The notes: generated from the letters alone by a model not told the origin. DNA of 64,000 bases from Nitrospirota bacterium (GCA_029261195.1 JAJDBU010000044.1:13396-77395), one strand, 5' to 3'; positions 29,494 to 39,813 are shown, counted from the stretch's first letter. Program-made: numbers and translations.

Positions 29494-30570
29494 ATGCTTC
29501 CTCTTTCCAAAGCACCCAAATCAATCTGCCTGCTTAGGCTTTCAGCAATCGGAGACGTCTGCCATACCCTTGCCATTGTGCGAACCCTGCAAACCCACTG
29601 GCCCAAAACAAAATTATACTGGATTATCGGCTTAACAGAGGCAAGGTTGCTCGGTGATGTTTCCGGGGTATCCTTCATGGTTTTTGATAAATCTGCCGGC
29701 TGGACCGCTTATACAAAACTTCTCCGTGAACTGCGCGGTAAACACTTCGACCTGCTCCTGCACATGCAGACATCCATGCGGGCCAATATGATTAGCCTAT
29801 TCATTTCAGCTAAAATCCGCTTGGGTTTCGACTCAAAACGCGCCAAGGATCATCAAACCCTCTTCACATCCCATCAGATAATTTCCAAGCCGCATCAGCA
29901 TGTGCTGGAAGGATTCTTCGGCTTCCTCGAAACCATCGGGATCAAGGAACGGGAATTACGCTGGGACATTCCAATTCCCAAAGAAGCAGAGGCCTTTGCC
30001 GAACAAACCCTGCCTGGAGAGCAAGCCACCCTCATCATCTCCCCCTGCGCCAATGCCCGCTTCCGGAATAACCGCAACTGGACAGCCGAAGGCTATGCCG
30101 AAGTCGCCGAGGCGGCGGCACGCACACATAATATGCGCATTGTGCTGACCGGCGGGCCAACTGCAATCGAACAGCAATACGGCGAGGCGATTTGCAAGAA
30201 AACATCATGCGACATCACGAACCTCATCGGCTTAACCGACTTGCTTACGCTGCTCGCACTACTCAAACGAGGCACGGTCGTGATTGCACCTGATTCGGGA
30301 CCGGCTCACATGGCCACCGCAGTCGGCACCCCGGTGATTGGACTCTATGCCACGACGAATCCCGGCAGAGCCCGTGCCTATCTGAGTGAAAAGTGGGTCA
30401 TCAACAAATACCCGGAGGCCGTCAGCACCTTCCTGAATAAAAAGGTCGATGACATCCCCTGGGGAACACGGGTACGCGATGCAAAGACGATGAACCTCAT
30501 TCAGGCAAAAGAGGTCATTCAAAAGCTGAATGACTTTATGCAGTCTTTACAAACTTCTCAGCCCTCATAA
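29494..30570 (+). CDS. GT9 heptosyltransferase (OpsX-like)
   Basis: ICLLRLSAIGDVCH, LHMQTSMRAN, APDSGPAHMA, IGLYATTNP, PWGTRV. Confidence 0.85.
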   Translation: MLPLSKAPKSICLLRLSAIGDVCHTLAIVRTLQTHWPKTKLYWIIGLTEARLLGDVSGVSFMVFDKSAGWTAYTKLLRELRGKHFDLLLHMQTSMRANMISLFISAKIRLGFDSKRAKDHQTLFTSHQIISKPHQHVLEGFFGFLETIGIKERELRWDIPIPKEAEAFAEQTLPGEQATLIISPCANARFRNNRNWTAEGYAEVAEAAARTHNMRIVLTGGPTAIEQQYGEAICKKTSCDITNLIGLTDLLTLLALLKRGTVVIAPDSGPAHMATAVGTPVIGLYATTNPGRARAYLSEKWVINKYPEAVSTFLNKKVDDIPWGTRVRDAKTMNLIQAKEVIQKLNDFMQSLQTSQPS

Positions 30571-30577
30571 ACTTCGC

Positions 30578-30754
30578 TCAGCTCTTTGACAAGGGAATCG
30601 CCTCGTCGATTAGCATATTCGGGATATCTTCACGGATCTCGTAGAGTACTTCGCAAGTTGAACAAATCAAGCCATCCTCCGCCTCATTTAACAAAACTTC
30701 TCCCTTGCATTTCGGACAGGCCAAAATTTCAAGTAGATCTTTACTGATTCCCAT
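30578..30754 (-). CDS. Trm112/YcaR family protein (58 aa, below ORF-track cutoff)
   Basis: MGISKDLLEILACPKCKGEV...LICSTCEVLYEIREDIPNMLIDEA; GGAGG RBS. Confidence 0.9.
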   Translation of the reverse strand: MGISKDLLEILACPKCKGEVLLNEAEDGLICSTCEVLYEIREDIPNMLIDEAIPLSKS

Positions 30755-30756
30755 AC

Positions 30757-32364
30757 TTAACCTCCATATTCGTTCTCTATATTTTTCAAGTGTAAAATCA
30801 AATCAATCGCCTCTGACAGATCTTTGACGACATGCGTCGGACGCCCTCCTGAGCTTTCCAGGGCCTGAAGCGTGGATTCGCCATTACCGGTACGAACCAG
30901 GATCGCTTTCGCCTGTTCCCCGGCAAGACCCAGATCAGCCTCTTTATCTCCTACGACAAACGATCTGGAGAAATCAAGCGGATAATGCTTGAGAGCCTTC
31001 TCTATCATCCCTCGCTCTGGTTTTCTGCACTGGCAGGGAGAAAAATCGGGATGATGAGGACAAACATAAATACCGTCCAAGTAGGCCCCCTTCCTTGCCA
31101 ACAAGCTCTGGAGGTGACGATGAAGATTCTTAAGAACGGTCTCTGAAAAAAAACCGCGTGCAATACCCGACTGATTTGTAACAAGGATGACGGGAATCCC
31201 TTTCCGGTTCAGTTTCGCAATCGCCAACGCCACACCCGGAAACAGAGCCAGACGCGCCTTTGAATCGATATAACCTTCTTGATCAGGATTGATCGTCCCG
31301 TCCCGATCAAGAAAAATCGCCCCCCTGCGCTTACGATGTCGATTAAGCTGTTTGCCCGCCGCCTCACTTACGTCATCCACCGTCACGCCTTTCATACAGC
31401 GATGATCAGTCGGGCAAATCCGATGGCGGCAGGGAGCGCAATCGACCTCTTTCTGAAGCATCACATCGGAGGGACCTCGCGCATAAGTGGCCTTCGCATT
31501 GGTCGGACCAAAGATCGCCACCTGGGGAATCCGAAGGGCCGAAGCGATGTGCATCGGGCCGGAATCGTTCGAGATAAAAAGGTCGCACTGACTGATCAGG
31601 GCCATCATTTCACGAACCGTCGTCTTTCCGGTCATCAAAATGGCCTGATGCCGCATTCCCTCTTGGATTGTTTCGGCAAGCGCTCGCTCCTTCGGTCCAC
31701 CGATGATAAGAATCTGCGCCTGAAACTGCTCCGCCAGACGCTCAGCCAATTGAGCGAAGCGCTCCGGCAACCAGCGCTTCGCCGAACCATAGGCAGCTCC
31801 GGGATTTAAGCCGATAACGCAGGACGCTCCGGCAATGCTTTTCGATTTGAGCAGCCCATGCGCCGCCTCCCGCTCCTGCGATTCGACAAACAGGACAGGC
31901 GCTCGTTTTTCCGCTTGCCCTCCAACAAGATTGATGAGGGAAAGATAGGCCTCCTGCCGATGCGGCGGGGCTTTACTTTTTTTCGCCGACTTCGTCAAAA
32001 GAAAGGCTCTGCCGTCTGTGGAAAAACCGACCCGTTCCTGGATTCCGGCTAAAAAGGCGATCAGGGCCGCCTCAATGGCATTTTGAAGCAGAAAGGCAAG
32101 ATCAAAACCCTCCCTTCGAAGCGATTGAGACAAACGCCAAAGGCCAAAAAAACCGGCATCCTTACCCGGTTTTTCATAGGAAATGATGCGATCGATATCA
32201 GGATGGGCCTCAAAAACCGCCGCGATGGCGGGTTTGGCCAGCAAGACAATTTCGGCCTCTGGAAACGAAACGCGAAGCGCCGAAAGGGCCGGTGTTGCCA
32301 TCACCGCATCACCGATCCAATTAGGAGCCCGAACCAGAATCTTTTTAAAGTTGTGAACCCTCAA
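30757..32364 (-). CDS. waaF: Heptosyltransferase II fused to heptose-1,7-bisphosphate phosphatase (WaaF-GmhB)
   Basis: N-terminal RAPNWIGDAVM, NPGAAYGSAKRW, NDSGPMH; C-terminal FLDRDGTIN, VTNQSG, CPHHP, CRKP, VGDK. Confidence 0.9.
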   Translation of the reverse strand: MRVHNFKKILVRAPNWIGDAVMATPALSALRVSFPEAEIVLLAKPAIAAVFEAHPDIDRIISYEKPGKDAGFFGLWRLSQSLRREGFDLAFLLQNAIEAALIAFLAGIQERVGFSTDGRAFLLTKSAKKSKAPPHRQEAYLSLINLVGGQAEKRAPVLFVESQEREAAHGLLKSKSIAGASCVIGLNPGAAYGSAKRWLPERFAQLAERLAEQFQAQILIIGGPKERALAETIQEGMRHQAILMTGKTTVREMMALISQCDLFISNDSGPMHIASALRIPQVAIFGPTNAKATYARGPSDVMLQKEVDCAPCRHRICPTDHRCMKGVTVDDVSEAAGKQLNRHRKRRGAIFLDRDGTINPDQEGYIDSKARLALFPGVALAIAKLNRKGIPVILVTNQSGIARGFFSETVLKNLHRHLQSLLARKGAYLDGIYVCPHHPDFSPCQCRKPERGMIEKALKHYPLDFSRSFVVGDKEADLGLAGEQAKAILVRTGNGESTLQALESSGGRPTHVVKDLSEAIDLILHLKNIENEYGG

Positions 32365-33254
32365 GCGCTTTTTTCATTTTCCGGTCTTGTTTTCCAGCGT
32401 CGATGCAGCCAGAGCCAATGATCGGGATATCGACGCACATAGCCTTCGATGACCTTTGTAAAGAGGGCGGTTATCTCAAGAAGGTCCGTCGCAAGCCCTC
32501 CGGTTTTCGGTAGCACCAGGGCTTTCCCGATGATCACCTTGTAACCGCCCGGCTTCTTAACAATAAAGGTCGGCAGTACCGGTGCGCCGGTCCGAAGGAC
32601 GATCGTCGCCAAGGCCTTGTTGGTCGCCGCCGGTCGGCCGAAATAATCCACAAACACCGCCTGCCGATGCCCGACATTCTGATCGAGCAAAAAACCCATT
32701 GCCACGCCCTTCCGCAAGAGCTTGATAATCTGGCCCGAATCCGTCCTCTTATTTAAGACGACATTGCCAAAACGAACCCGCCATCCCTGAACCAGCTTGT
32801 CGAGATAGGGATTGTTCATCGGGCGCATCACAGCATGCATCGCAATGCCGTAAACCGACAAGGCAACGCCAAGCCATTCCCAATTACCGAAATGAGCGGA
32901 AAGAAGTACCACGCCCTTGCCCTGAGCATGGGCGGCCCGGTAATGCTCAAGACCCTCAATTTCGGTCAGAGACTTAATTCGATCGGCACTCATTTTTGCG
33001 AGACAAACCGTTTCAATCAGGCCCCGCCCGAAGCTTTTGTAAAGCCTGACGATAATGTCTTGAAGTTCCGCTTCCGTCTTTTCTCCACGAAAAGAAGGCC
33101 GGATGTTATCCATGGCGATCAGACGGTGCCGTGTATCAAGTCGACAAAACAGGCGCCCGATCCCTTCCCCGATCCAACCGGCAAGGCCATAGGGGAGGAG
33201 CCGGAAAAGGCTCATCAGTAAACGGGCCACAATATAGAAAGTACGACCTTTCAT
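32361..33254 (-). CDS. Lipid A late acyltransferase (LpxL/HtrB family)
   Basis: SAHFGNWE, LLDQN, YPDHWLWLHRRWK. Confidence 0.9.
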   Translation of the reverse strand: MKGRTFYIVARLLMSLFRLLPYGLAGWIGEGIGRLFCRLDTRHRLIAMDNIRPSFRGEKTEAELQDIIVRLYKSFGRGLIETVCLAKMSADRIKSLTEIEGLEHYRAAHAQGKGVVLLSAHFGNWEWLGVALSVYGIAMHAVMRPMNNPYLDKLVQGWRVRFGNVVLNKRTDSGQIIKLLRKGVAMGFLLDQNVGHRQAVFVDYFGRPAATNKALATIVLRTGAPVLPTFIVKKPGGYKVIIGKALVLPKTGGLATDLLEITALFTKVIEGYVRRYPDHWLWLHRRWKTRPENEKSA

Positions 33255-34336
33255 TGAGAAAACAGGATGTTCTCCTCTTCAAGCGGATTTAAAAATGTGA
33301 CGCCAATCCGAAGGGCAAAAAACTGACAAGCCGGGCTAGCCCCGAAATCGGCCCCTTTCAGGGCTTTGATTTTAACAGCATCCTTTTCCGTCGTCACGAC
33401 CCAATTGATTCCGATTTTTCCCGCATGCTTGATCAGGCTTAAAAGGTCCGCAACTTCATAATGATGATGGTCTTGAAAGACCTTTGTTTTTCTTAGTTCT
33501 GCACCTAAATCGACGAGTTGTTTAAAAAAGGCAGTCGGATTTCCAATACCGCAGAAAGCAAGGATTGGACGATTTTTAATCATATCAAGTGGATGCAATA
33601 TGCCCGTTGACAGGTCTAGCAATGCGTTCGACTGGAAGCGACTTTTTAAAACAGGCAGGCCAAAATAGTCCAGTTGAGTGCTCAAGAGAGACAAGTTTCC
33701 CGACAAATCGGCACGTGTGATAACAATACAGTCAGCGCGACCGATTTCTGAAACCGGTTCCCGGAGAAAGCCTCTCGGCAGTAGGTGTTTGTTTCCAAAG
33801 GGATTCTCCGCATCAATCAAGAGAATGTTGAAATCCCTGTACATCCGAATATGCTGAAAGCCATCATCAAGTAAAATCAGATCGACCTTGAAGTCATTCA
33901 GCAATAATTGGCAGCCCCGATGGCGATCGGCAGCGACGACAATTGGAATGTCGCATAGGCACTTCGCCATTAAGACCGGCTCATCTCCGACAGCTTCCGC
34001 TGTTTCATGCAGATTGACGCCATCTGAAACCACAATTACCGGGTCTTTCTTTTTTCTGCCATAACCCCGACTGACAATGCCGACAGCCGCTCCCCGCTTC
34101 CGCCATTGCTCTGCCAGATAGATTGTCATCGGGGTCTTACCGGTTCCACCGACCGTAATATTCCCGATGCTGATCACTCGACAATCCACCCGTTTTTTCG
34201 GAAGAATGCCGAGCGCATACAAAAGAAGGCGAAAGCGAATGACTGAGCCATAGATCCAGGAAAGCAGCGTAAAAGGAAAACGGATTACATTGTGAAATCC
34301 GCTTCCCTCCGACCAGAGCCACGCCGTAAAATTCAA
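33251..34336 (-). CDS. lpxK: Tetraacyldisaccharide 4'-kinase
   Basis: SIGNITVGGTGKTP, SRGYG, GDEP, LDDGFQH, TTEKDAVK. Confidence 0.95.
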   Translation of the reverse strand: MNFTAWLWSEGSGFHNVIRFPFTLLSWIYGSVIRFRLLLYALGILPKKRVDCRVISIGNITVGGTGKTPMTIYLAEQWRKRGAAVGIVSRGYGRKKKDPVIVVSDGVNLHETAEAVGDEPVLMAKCLCDIPIVVAADRHRGCQLLLNDFKVDLILLDDGFQHIRMYRDFNILLIDAENPFGNKHLLPRGFLREPVSEIGRADCIVITRADLSGNLSLLSTQLDYFGLPVLKSRFQSNALLDLSTGILHPLDMIKNRPILAFCGIGNPTAFFKQLVDLGAELRKTKVFQDHHHYEVADLLSLIKHAGKIGINWVVTTEKDAVKIKALKGADFGASPACQFFALRIGVTFLNPLEEENILFSQ

Positions 34337-34349
34337 ACTTTTCCAAGCC

Positions 34350-35786
34350 TCATGACTTCATACCCTGAGAAACACTCCGCTCGAAGACGGCGCTTATCCG
34401 ATCAAGATTTCTTTTAACTGCCCCCTGATTGTTTACGACAACGAGATAGGCTGCCTCGCCCCGTTTTTGATAGGCTGCCTTATCTCCTGCAAGCTCGTGC
34501 ATCTTTGCCGATAAGTCCTCAGCATCCGACACCTCAATGCCTCCGCCGGACTGCTTAAGCTGGGTGGCGATCTCCCTGGAATTCGTCATGTGTGGTCCGA
34601 AAAAGACGGGTTTCTTGAAAGATGCCGGTTCCAAGAGGTTATGCCCCCCGATCGGAGCAAGGCTCCCCCCCACAAAGATCAGCTCTCCGAGGGGATAAAT
34701 CCGTGCCAACTCACCCAAGGTATCCAGAAGAATCACCGGTTTTTTTCCATTTGAGCCGGGAGGAGGTGATCCTGATATATTGCTCTTTCGGCCTACGATT
34801 TTGCTTTTTCGGCCTGCGATTTTGCTTTTTCGGATAGACTTAAAGCCCATATTTGCGATCAAGCCTTCAACTTCATCAAGCCGGTTCAGATGGCGTGGCG
34901 CAATCAGGAGCGTCACAGATGGGATGTCCGAGACAATCTTCGCATAGGCCTTTAAGACTGCTGCCTCCTCTCCGGGATGCGTACTTCCGGCAATCATCAG
35001 TCGATCGCTCTGACTTAAGCCCAATATAGCGAGAGTGAGAGACGCTTGTCGGACGCCCCTTTCAGCCGTAGCAGCCTGATCATACTTCATATTGCCGCTT
35101 GTCTCGACACGATCCGGATCGGCCCCTAACTCAATCAGACGCCCGGTGCTTTCTTCGGTTTGCATCAGAAACAGGGAGACCTCCTCAAAAATATAGGATA
35201 AAAAAGCGCTGATCCGTTTATAACGGGGAAAACTCTTTGCGGAAATCCGGCCGTTGAGCATCATCGACGGGATCTGTTTTTTTGAAAGGGAACGGAGAAG
35301 GTTCGCCCAGATCTCCGTCTCCATAAAAATGAAGAGATCGGGTGAAATCCGCCCAACCACGGAACGGGTAATCCAGGCCAGATCATAAGGGAGATAGATG
35401 AAGGTATCGATACCCTGAAGATGGGACTGCGCCGCCGCACGCCCGCTCGGCGTGGATGTCGAAAAAACAAGCGCGGCATCGGGGTATCGCGCGCGAAGAG
35501 ACTTCATGAAGAGCCGGGACATCATCACCTCTCCGACCGAAGCGGCATGAATCCACAAAACCCGTTTCCCGCGAAGCGCTTTAAAAAAATCGGCAGGGTA
35601 GAGTCCGAAACGCTGTGCCACATCCTTTCGATAGGCGGGGTGGATGATGAGAGAGGACGATAGCCACAATAACAAAAACGGAAGGAGAAGCAGGATCAGA
35701 ACTTGATACAAGATATAAAAGAGCGTTTTTCCAAGGGATTTCTGTTTGGAGGGAGAGTTGACTTTATGAAAGTTGAGATCAGACAC
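34350..35786 (-). CDS. waaA: Kdo transferase
   Basis: WIHAASVGE, ETEIW, GNMKYD, AGSTHPGEE, APRH, GGHNLLEP. Confidence 0.95.
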   Translation of the reverse strand: MSDLNFHKVNSPSKQKSLGKTLFYILYQVLILLLLPFLLLWLSSSLIIHPAYRKDVAQRFGLYPADFFKALRGKRVLWIHAASVGEVMMSRLFMKSLRARYPDAALVFSTSTPSGRAAAQSHLQGIDTFIYLPYDLAWITRSVVGRISPDLFIFMETEIWANLLRSLSKKQIPSMMLNGRISAKSFPRYKRISAFLSYIFEEVSLFLMQTEESTGRLIELGADPDRVETSGNMKYDQAATAERGVRQASLTLAILGLSQSDRLMIAGSTHPGEEAAVLKAYAKIVSDIPSVTLLIAPRHLNRLDEVEGLIANMGFKSIRKSKIAGRKSKIVGRKSNISGSPPPGSNGKKPVILLDTLGELARIYPLGELIFVGGSLAPIGGHNLLEPASFKKPVFFGPHMTNSREIATQLKQSGGGIEVSDAEDLSAKMHELAGDKAAYQKRGEAAYLVVVNNQGAVKRNLDRISAVFERSVSQGMKS

Positions 35787-35843
35787 GAACGAGATCGATT
35801 AAAAAAATTACGACTGTGACTCAAGAGCGACGGACAAGTTCAA

Positions 35844-36065
35844 TCAATTCCCCCGCCCGGCCACTTTTTGAGCCACCCTGATCAGTGACATCAGCGCTTC
35901 ATTGACGGACTGCTCGCTTGGAAAAGCCTTCGCCACTTCCGGCTTAAGAAGCACAAGGTTGTGCCCCGATTTGTAGGCATCGGCGTACCGACCCCGAACG
36001 CCTTTTCCAAGCTCGCTTCGATGATATTCTGAGCGTAAATTGTCTGCTTGATCAGCCTTCTTCAT
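35844..36065 (-). CDS. BrnA-type antitoxin
   Basis: LRSEY...GVRGRY...LKPEVAKAFPSEQSVNEAL; overlaps the brnT-like gene. Confidence 0.8.
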   Translation of the reverse strand: MKKADQADNLRSEYHRSELGKGVRGRYADAYKSGHNLVLLKPEVAKAFPSEQSVNEALMSLIRVAQKVAGRGN

Positions 36066-36324
36066 AGATTTTTCTCTCATATTTTGTCATTTTCCGAGCG
36101 CTGATGATTCGTACACTTCCCTTCCGCTCAAGATGCGACAAGACAAGCCTCTGATTAAATTGAGACACACCAAAAGTAATCATTCTCGTTTCGTTTAATG
36201 AATGGTCCGGATCATCAAAAGTAATTGCCAATGGATCACCAAAAACAGTCGCAGCCTCATGAAAAGAAACCCCGTGTTTCTTTTCATGCACGCTCGCTTT
36301 GTGTTCATCCCACTCAAATTCCAC
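36052..36324 (-). CDS. BrnT family toxin
   Basis: FEWDEHK...KHGVSFHEAATVFGDP...RIISARK...ERKIY. Confidence 0.92.
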   Translation of the reverse strand: MEFEWDEHKASVHEKKHGVSFHEAATVFGDPLAITFDDPDHSLNETRMITFGVSQFNQRLVLSHLERKGSVRIISARKMTKYERKIYEEG

Positions 36325-36504
36325 TTAGGTTCATGGCGCACTTCAAGGTTCGTAAAAGAAGGTTTGGACAACTTCATCGTATACAAACCATATTTATAAA
36401 TCAAGAATCTCAGGAACTTAGGGGCGGGTAGACAGCCTAAAGATTGGCCTTGTATTCTGTCGATTGTTTAGAGCTGATCTCTTTTTTTAGAAAGTGCATA
36501 AAAC

Positions 36505-37359
36505 CTGAATCATCGAGACCCACAACTCAGTCTCTGCCTCGACGCCTTACTTATAAAGAGTCCTCCGAAAGAGCGGATTAAATCGGACCCGATTGAATTT
36601 CCCCATCGCTATCAGGACCCGAAAGAAATTGAAGTGGTGGCCTTTCTCGCGGCAATTCTCGCTTATGGACGCGTCTCGCTTTTTAAGCCCGTGATTGAAA
36701 AGATTCTGGCGCTCTCCGATGGAAGCTTTTATGACTATTTGACACGCTTTGATGCGGTGAGGGAGCGACCGCGTTTTAAGGGAATTTATTATCGCTTTAA
36801 CACCACAGAAGATCTTGTCGCTTTAATCGCTCTCATGAGCCGGGTCATCCGGGAATATGAAACCATCGGCGCCCTCTTTATATCCCTCTATCGTGCAGAG
36901 GACGATGACATCGGACCGACGCTTTCTCGTTTCATCGCGACTCTTTTGCGCCTGCTGCCTGCTCAAATCACGCCCGGCCTGCGTCATCTTTTCCCCTCGC
37001 CGGAAAAGGGCAGCGCCTGCAAACGCCTCAACCTTTTCCTTCGATGGATGATCCGACCGAATGACGGCATCGACTTCGGACTTTGGCCCGAAATTCCATC
37101 TGCAAAACTGATCATTCCGCTCGATACGCACATTGTACGAATCGGAACTTATTTAAAGCTGAGCCTTCGAAAAAGTCCGAACTGGAAGATGGCTAAAGAG
37201 ATCACCAAAGCCCTGAAACACTGCGATCCGGTCGATCCCCTGAAATATGATTTTCCGCTTTGTCACCTCGGTATCTCCGGCGCATGCCCAATTGAGATGG
37301 ATCGCGACAAGTGCCACATTTGCCCATTGCAGAGGGTTTGCAAACGCTCCAAGGCTTAG
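36505..37359 (+). CDS. TIGR02757 family protein (start uncertain)
   Basis: SACKRLNLFLRWM, IIPLDTH, DPLKYDFPL; conserved DPIEFPHRYQDP lies upstream of the ORF-track start 36634. Confidence 0.85.
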   Translation: MNHRDPQLSLCLDALLIKSPPKERIKSDPIEFPHRYQDPKEIEVVAFLAAILAYGRVSLFKPVIEKILALSDGSFYDYLTRFDAVRERPRFKGIYYRFNTTEDLVALIALMSRVIREYETIGALFISLYRAEDDDIGPTLSRFIATLLRLLPAQITPGLRHLFPSPEKGSACKRLNLFLRWMIRPNDGIDFGLWPEIPSAKLIIPLDTHIVRIGTYLKLSLRKSPNWKMAKEITKALKHCDPVDPLKYDFPLCHLGISGACPIEMDRDKCHICPLQRVCKRSKA

Positions 37360-37468
37360 GCGATTTTCGGAAGAAAATTGATTTCCCCTTTCATCTACCG
37401 TAAACTTGTCGCCGTTTTACAAGGCATGTCAGCGAAAATTTTATCAACACACTAAAAAGAGGTATCAC

Positions 37469-38080
37469 ATGAGTTCTGCTTCATTTTCCCAATCGCGTCC
37501 ACACCCCTGGCATGGCCTGGAAGTGGGTCCGGAAACGCCACATACCGTTCACGCTTACATTGAAATGACGCCCTTCGATCAGGTCAAGTACGAAATTGAC
37601 AAAGAAACGGGTTATCTTCGCGTTGACCGTCCTCAACGGACCTCCGCTCAGCTCCCGGCATTATATGGCTTTATCCCGAAAACCTATTGCACAAACAATG
37701 TCGCCGCCTTAATGGAAGGTTCCAGTGAAGGAGATGGTGACGGCCTGGATATCTGCGTCTTTAGCGAACGTATTATTACAAAGTCCGAAATCATCTTAAA
37801 TGCCCGTGTGATTGGCGGCCTGCCCATGCTGGATGATGGCGAAGCCGACGACAAAATCATCGCAGTACTAGAGGGTGACAATGTCTGGGGCAGGATCGAA
37901 GACATTTCAGACTTCCCCCCCATTCTCATTGAACGCGTGCGGCATTATTTCATGACCTACAAGCTGGTGCCCGGTAAGAACGTCAAGGTTTCCATTGGCG
38001 ACGCCTACGGCCTCGAACACGCCGAAGCCGTCATTGCTGCCTCTATGAAAGACTACAAGGAGGCATTCGGAGCAGGCTGA
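37469..38080 (+). CDS. ppa: Inorganic pyrophosphatase, family I
   Basis: [36 protein letters not shown]. Confidence 0.92.
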   Translation: MSSASFSQSRPHPWHGLEVGPETPHTVHAYIEMTPFDQVKYEIDKETGYLRVDRPQRTSAQLPALYGFIPKTYCTNNVAALMEGSSEGDGDGLDICVFSERIITKSEIILNARVIGGLPMLDDGEADDKIIAVLEGDNVWGRIEDISDFPPILIERVRHYFMTYKLVPGKNVKVSIGDAYGLEHAEAVIAASMKDYKEAFGAG

Positions 38081-38351
38081 TCGGATGCAGGCTGCTCTAT
38101 TGTAAAGCGAAAAGATCACTTAAGTTCAGAAAAGATAAGCAAAATATTGTGTGAACTTCTGAAATCCGACTGATTTTTCAGGGGGACCCTGCCTCTGAAA
38201 TTCATTCATTTGAAGAAAAAATTCATCAGTCTGTCCGCAAATTATTTTCACCTGCTTGCGGGCAGACTCTTCCCGAGTTTATCCTATGGGTCCGGCTTAA
38301 CATCCCGAGTACAGAGCTTCACCTTAACAATTCATTCTTCGGAGACATCCC

Positions 38352-38792
38352 ATGGCATTAAGGATTTATTTATCAGGAGAGATTCACAGCAAGTGGCGTG
38401 AAGAAATGATAAAGGGCGCATTGGAGCAGCATTTGCCGATCACCTTCACTTCTGCCGTAACGGATCACGAAGCGAGTGATGCCGCAGGAGACCCGCTCGG
38501 TAAAGAAACAAAGCCCTATTGGCGTGATCATAAATCGGCCAGGGTGAACAGCATTCGCACTAAAACCCTGATTGAAAAAAGTGATCTCGCCATCGTGCGT
38601 TTCGGCGATAAATATAAACAATGGAATGCGGCATTTGATGCCGGTTATTGTGCGGCGCTCGGGAAACCCTATATCACCTTGCACGATGAAAGTATCATCC
38701 ATCCGCTCAAAGAAGTCGATGCTGCAGCAATGGCCTGGGCGGAAACGACTGCCCAAGTGCTTGAAATATTAAAATACATTACGAAGGATTGA
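38352..38792 (+). CDS. YtoQ family protein
   Basis: IYLSGEIHSKWR, VRFGDKYKQWNAAFDAG, HPLKEVD. Confidence 0.9.
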   Translation: MALRIYLSGEIHSKWREEMIKGALEQHLPITFTSAVTDHEASDAAGDPLGKETKPYWRDHKSARVNSIRTKTLIEKSDLAIVRFGDKYKQWNAAFDAGYCAALGKPYITLHDESIIHPLKEVDAAAMAWAETTAQVLEILKYITKD

Positions 38793-38824
38793 CAAGACCT
38801 GCTTGTTTTGGTGGAAAAATAGAG

Positions 38825-39652
38825 ATGACAGAAATTGGAAAATCAAACGACTTGAGGGTCGTCAAAGAAGTTGATTTTGGGTTTTATCTGGATGGCGGGG
38901 AACTCGGAGAAATATTGTTACCCCGGCGCTATGTACCGGATGATTGTAGCATCGACAAAATCCTCACCGTTTTTATCTACCGTGATTCGGAAGACCGTCT
39001 GATCGCAACAACTGAAATGCCCTACGCCGTAGTCGATGACTTTGCTCTCCTGAAAGTCGTCGCAGTGAATAAGGTAGGGGCTTTCCTTGACTGGGGTTTG
39101 CCAAAAGATTTGATGGTGCCCTTTAGAGAGCAGAATGTCCGAATGAAAGCGGGGCAATCCTACCTCGTCCGCCTTTATCTCGACTCAAGTCTTCGTATTG
39201 CCGCCTCTGCAAAATTAGATCGCTATCTTGATACCTGGCAGGCTCATTATGATGTGGGTCAAGAAGTCGATCTTTTGATTTGTATGCAAAGTGATATTGG
39301 ATACAAGGCGATTATCAATAGCTCACATTGGGGTGTGATCCATTTTGACGATCTCTTTCAAACCGTAAAAAAGGGAGAGAGCATTACCGGGTTCATTAAA
39401 AAAGTTCGAGACGATCATAAAATAGATCTCTGCCTGAAAAAACCGGGTTATGAAAAAATTGACGGAATTTCAAAAACGATTCTCGACACCTTGAAAAAAC
39501 AAGGCGGTCAGATATTCATTACAGATAAAAGTCCCCCGGAAGAAATTAGAGCATTATTTGGCATCAGCAAAAAAAACTACAAAAAAGCCGTGGGCACCCT
39601 TTATAAAAAGCGGCTACTTACAATTGAATCCGACAGAATCCGACTTAAGTAG
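38825..39652 (+). CDS. CvfB/YitL S1 RNA-binding domain protein
   Basis: FGFYLDG, GAFLDWGLPKDL, DKSPPEEI...FGISKKNYKKAVGTL. Confidence 0.9.
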   Translation: MTEIGKSNDLRVVKEVDFGFYLDGGELGEILLPRRYVPDDCSIDKILTVFIYRDSEDRLIATTEMPYAVVDDFALLKVVAVNKVGAFLDWGLPKDLMVPFREQNVRMKAGQSYLVRLYLDSSLRIAASAKLDRYLDTWQAHYDVGQEVDLLICMQSDIGYKAIINSSHWGVIHFDDLFQTVKKGESITGFIKKVRDDHKIDLCLKKPGYEKIDGISKTILDTLKKQGGQIFITDKSPPEEIRALFGISKKNYKKAVGTLYKKRLLTIESDRIRLK

Positions 39653-39813
39653 CGCTTGCACTGGGGAGTCAACCCTGCGCCCAATTAATTTTTAGGGGGG
39701 CACCATGGAAGCAATATTCTTTTTGCGTTTGCCCTGAAGATCTTGTAAAAATGGGCGCACTTTTTATCTGGAGACAGAAACATCAAACATATCTGAAGGA
39801 TTTTAGGAAGCCC

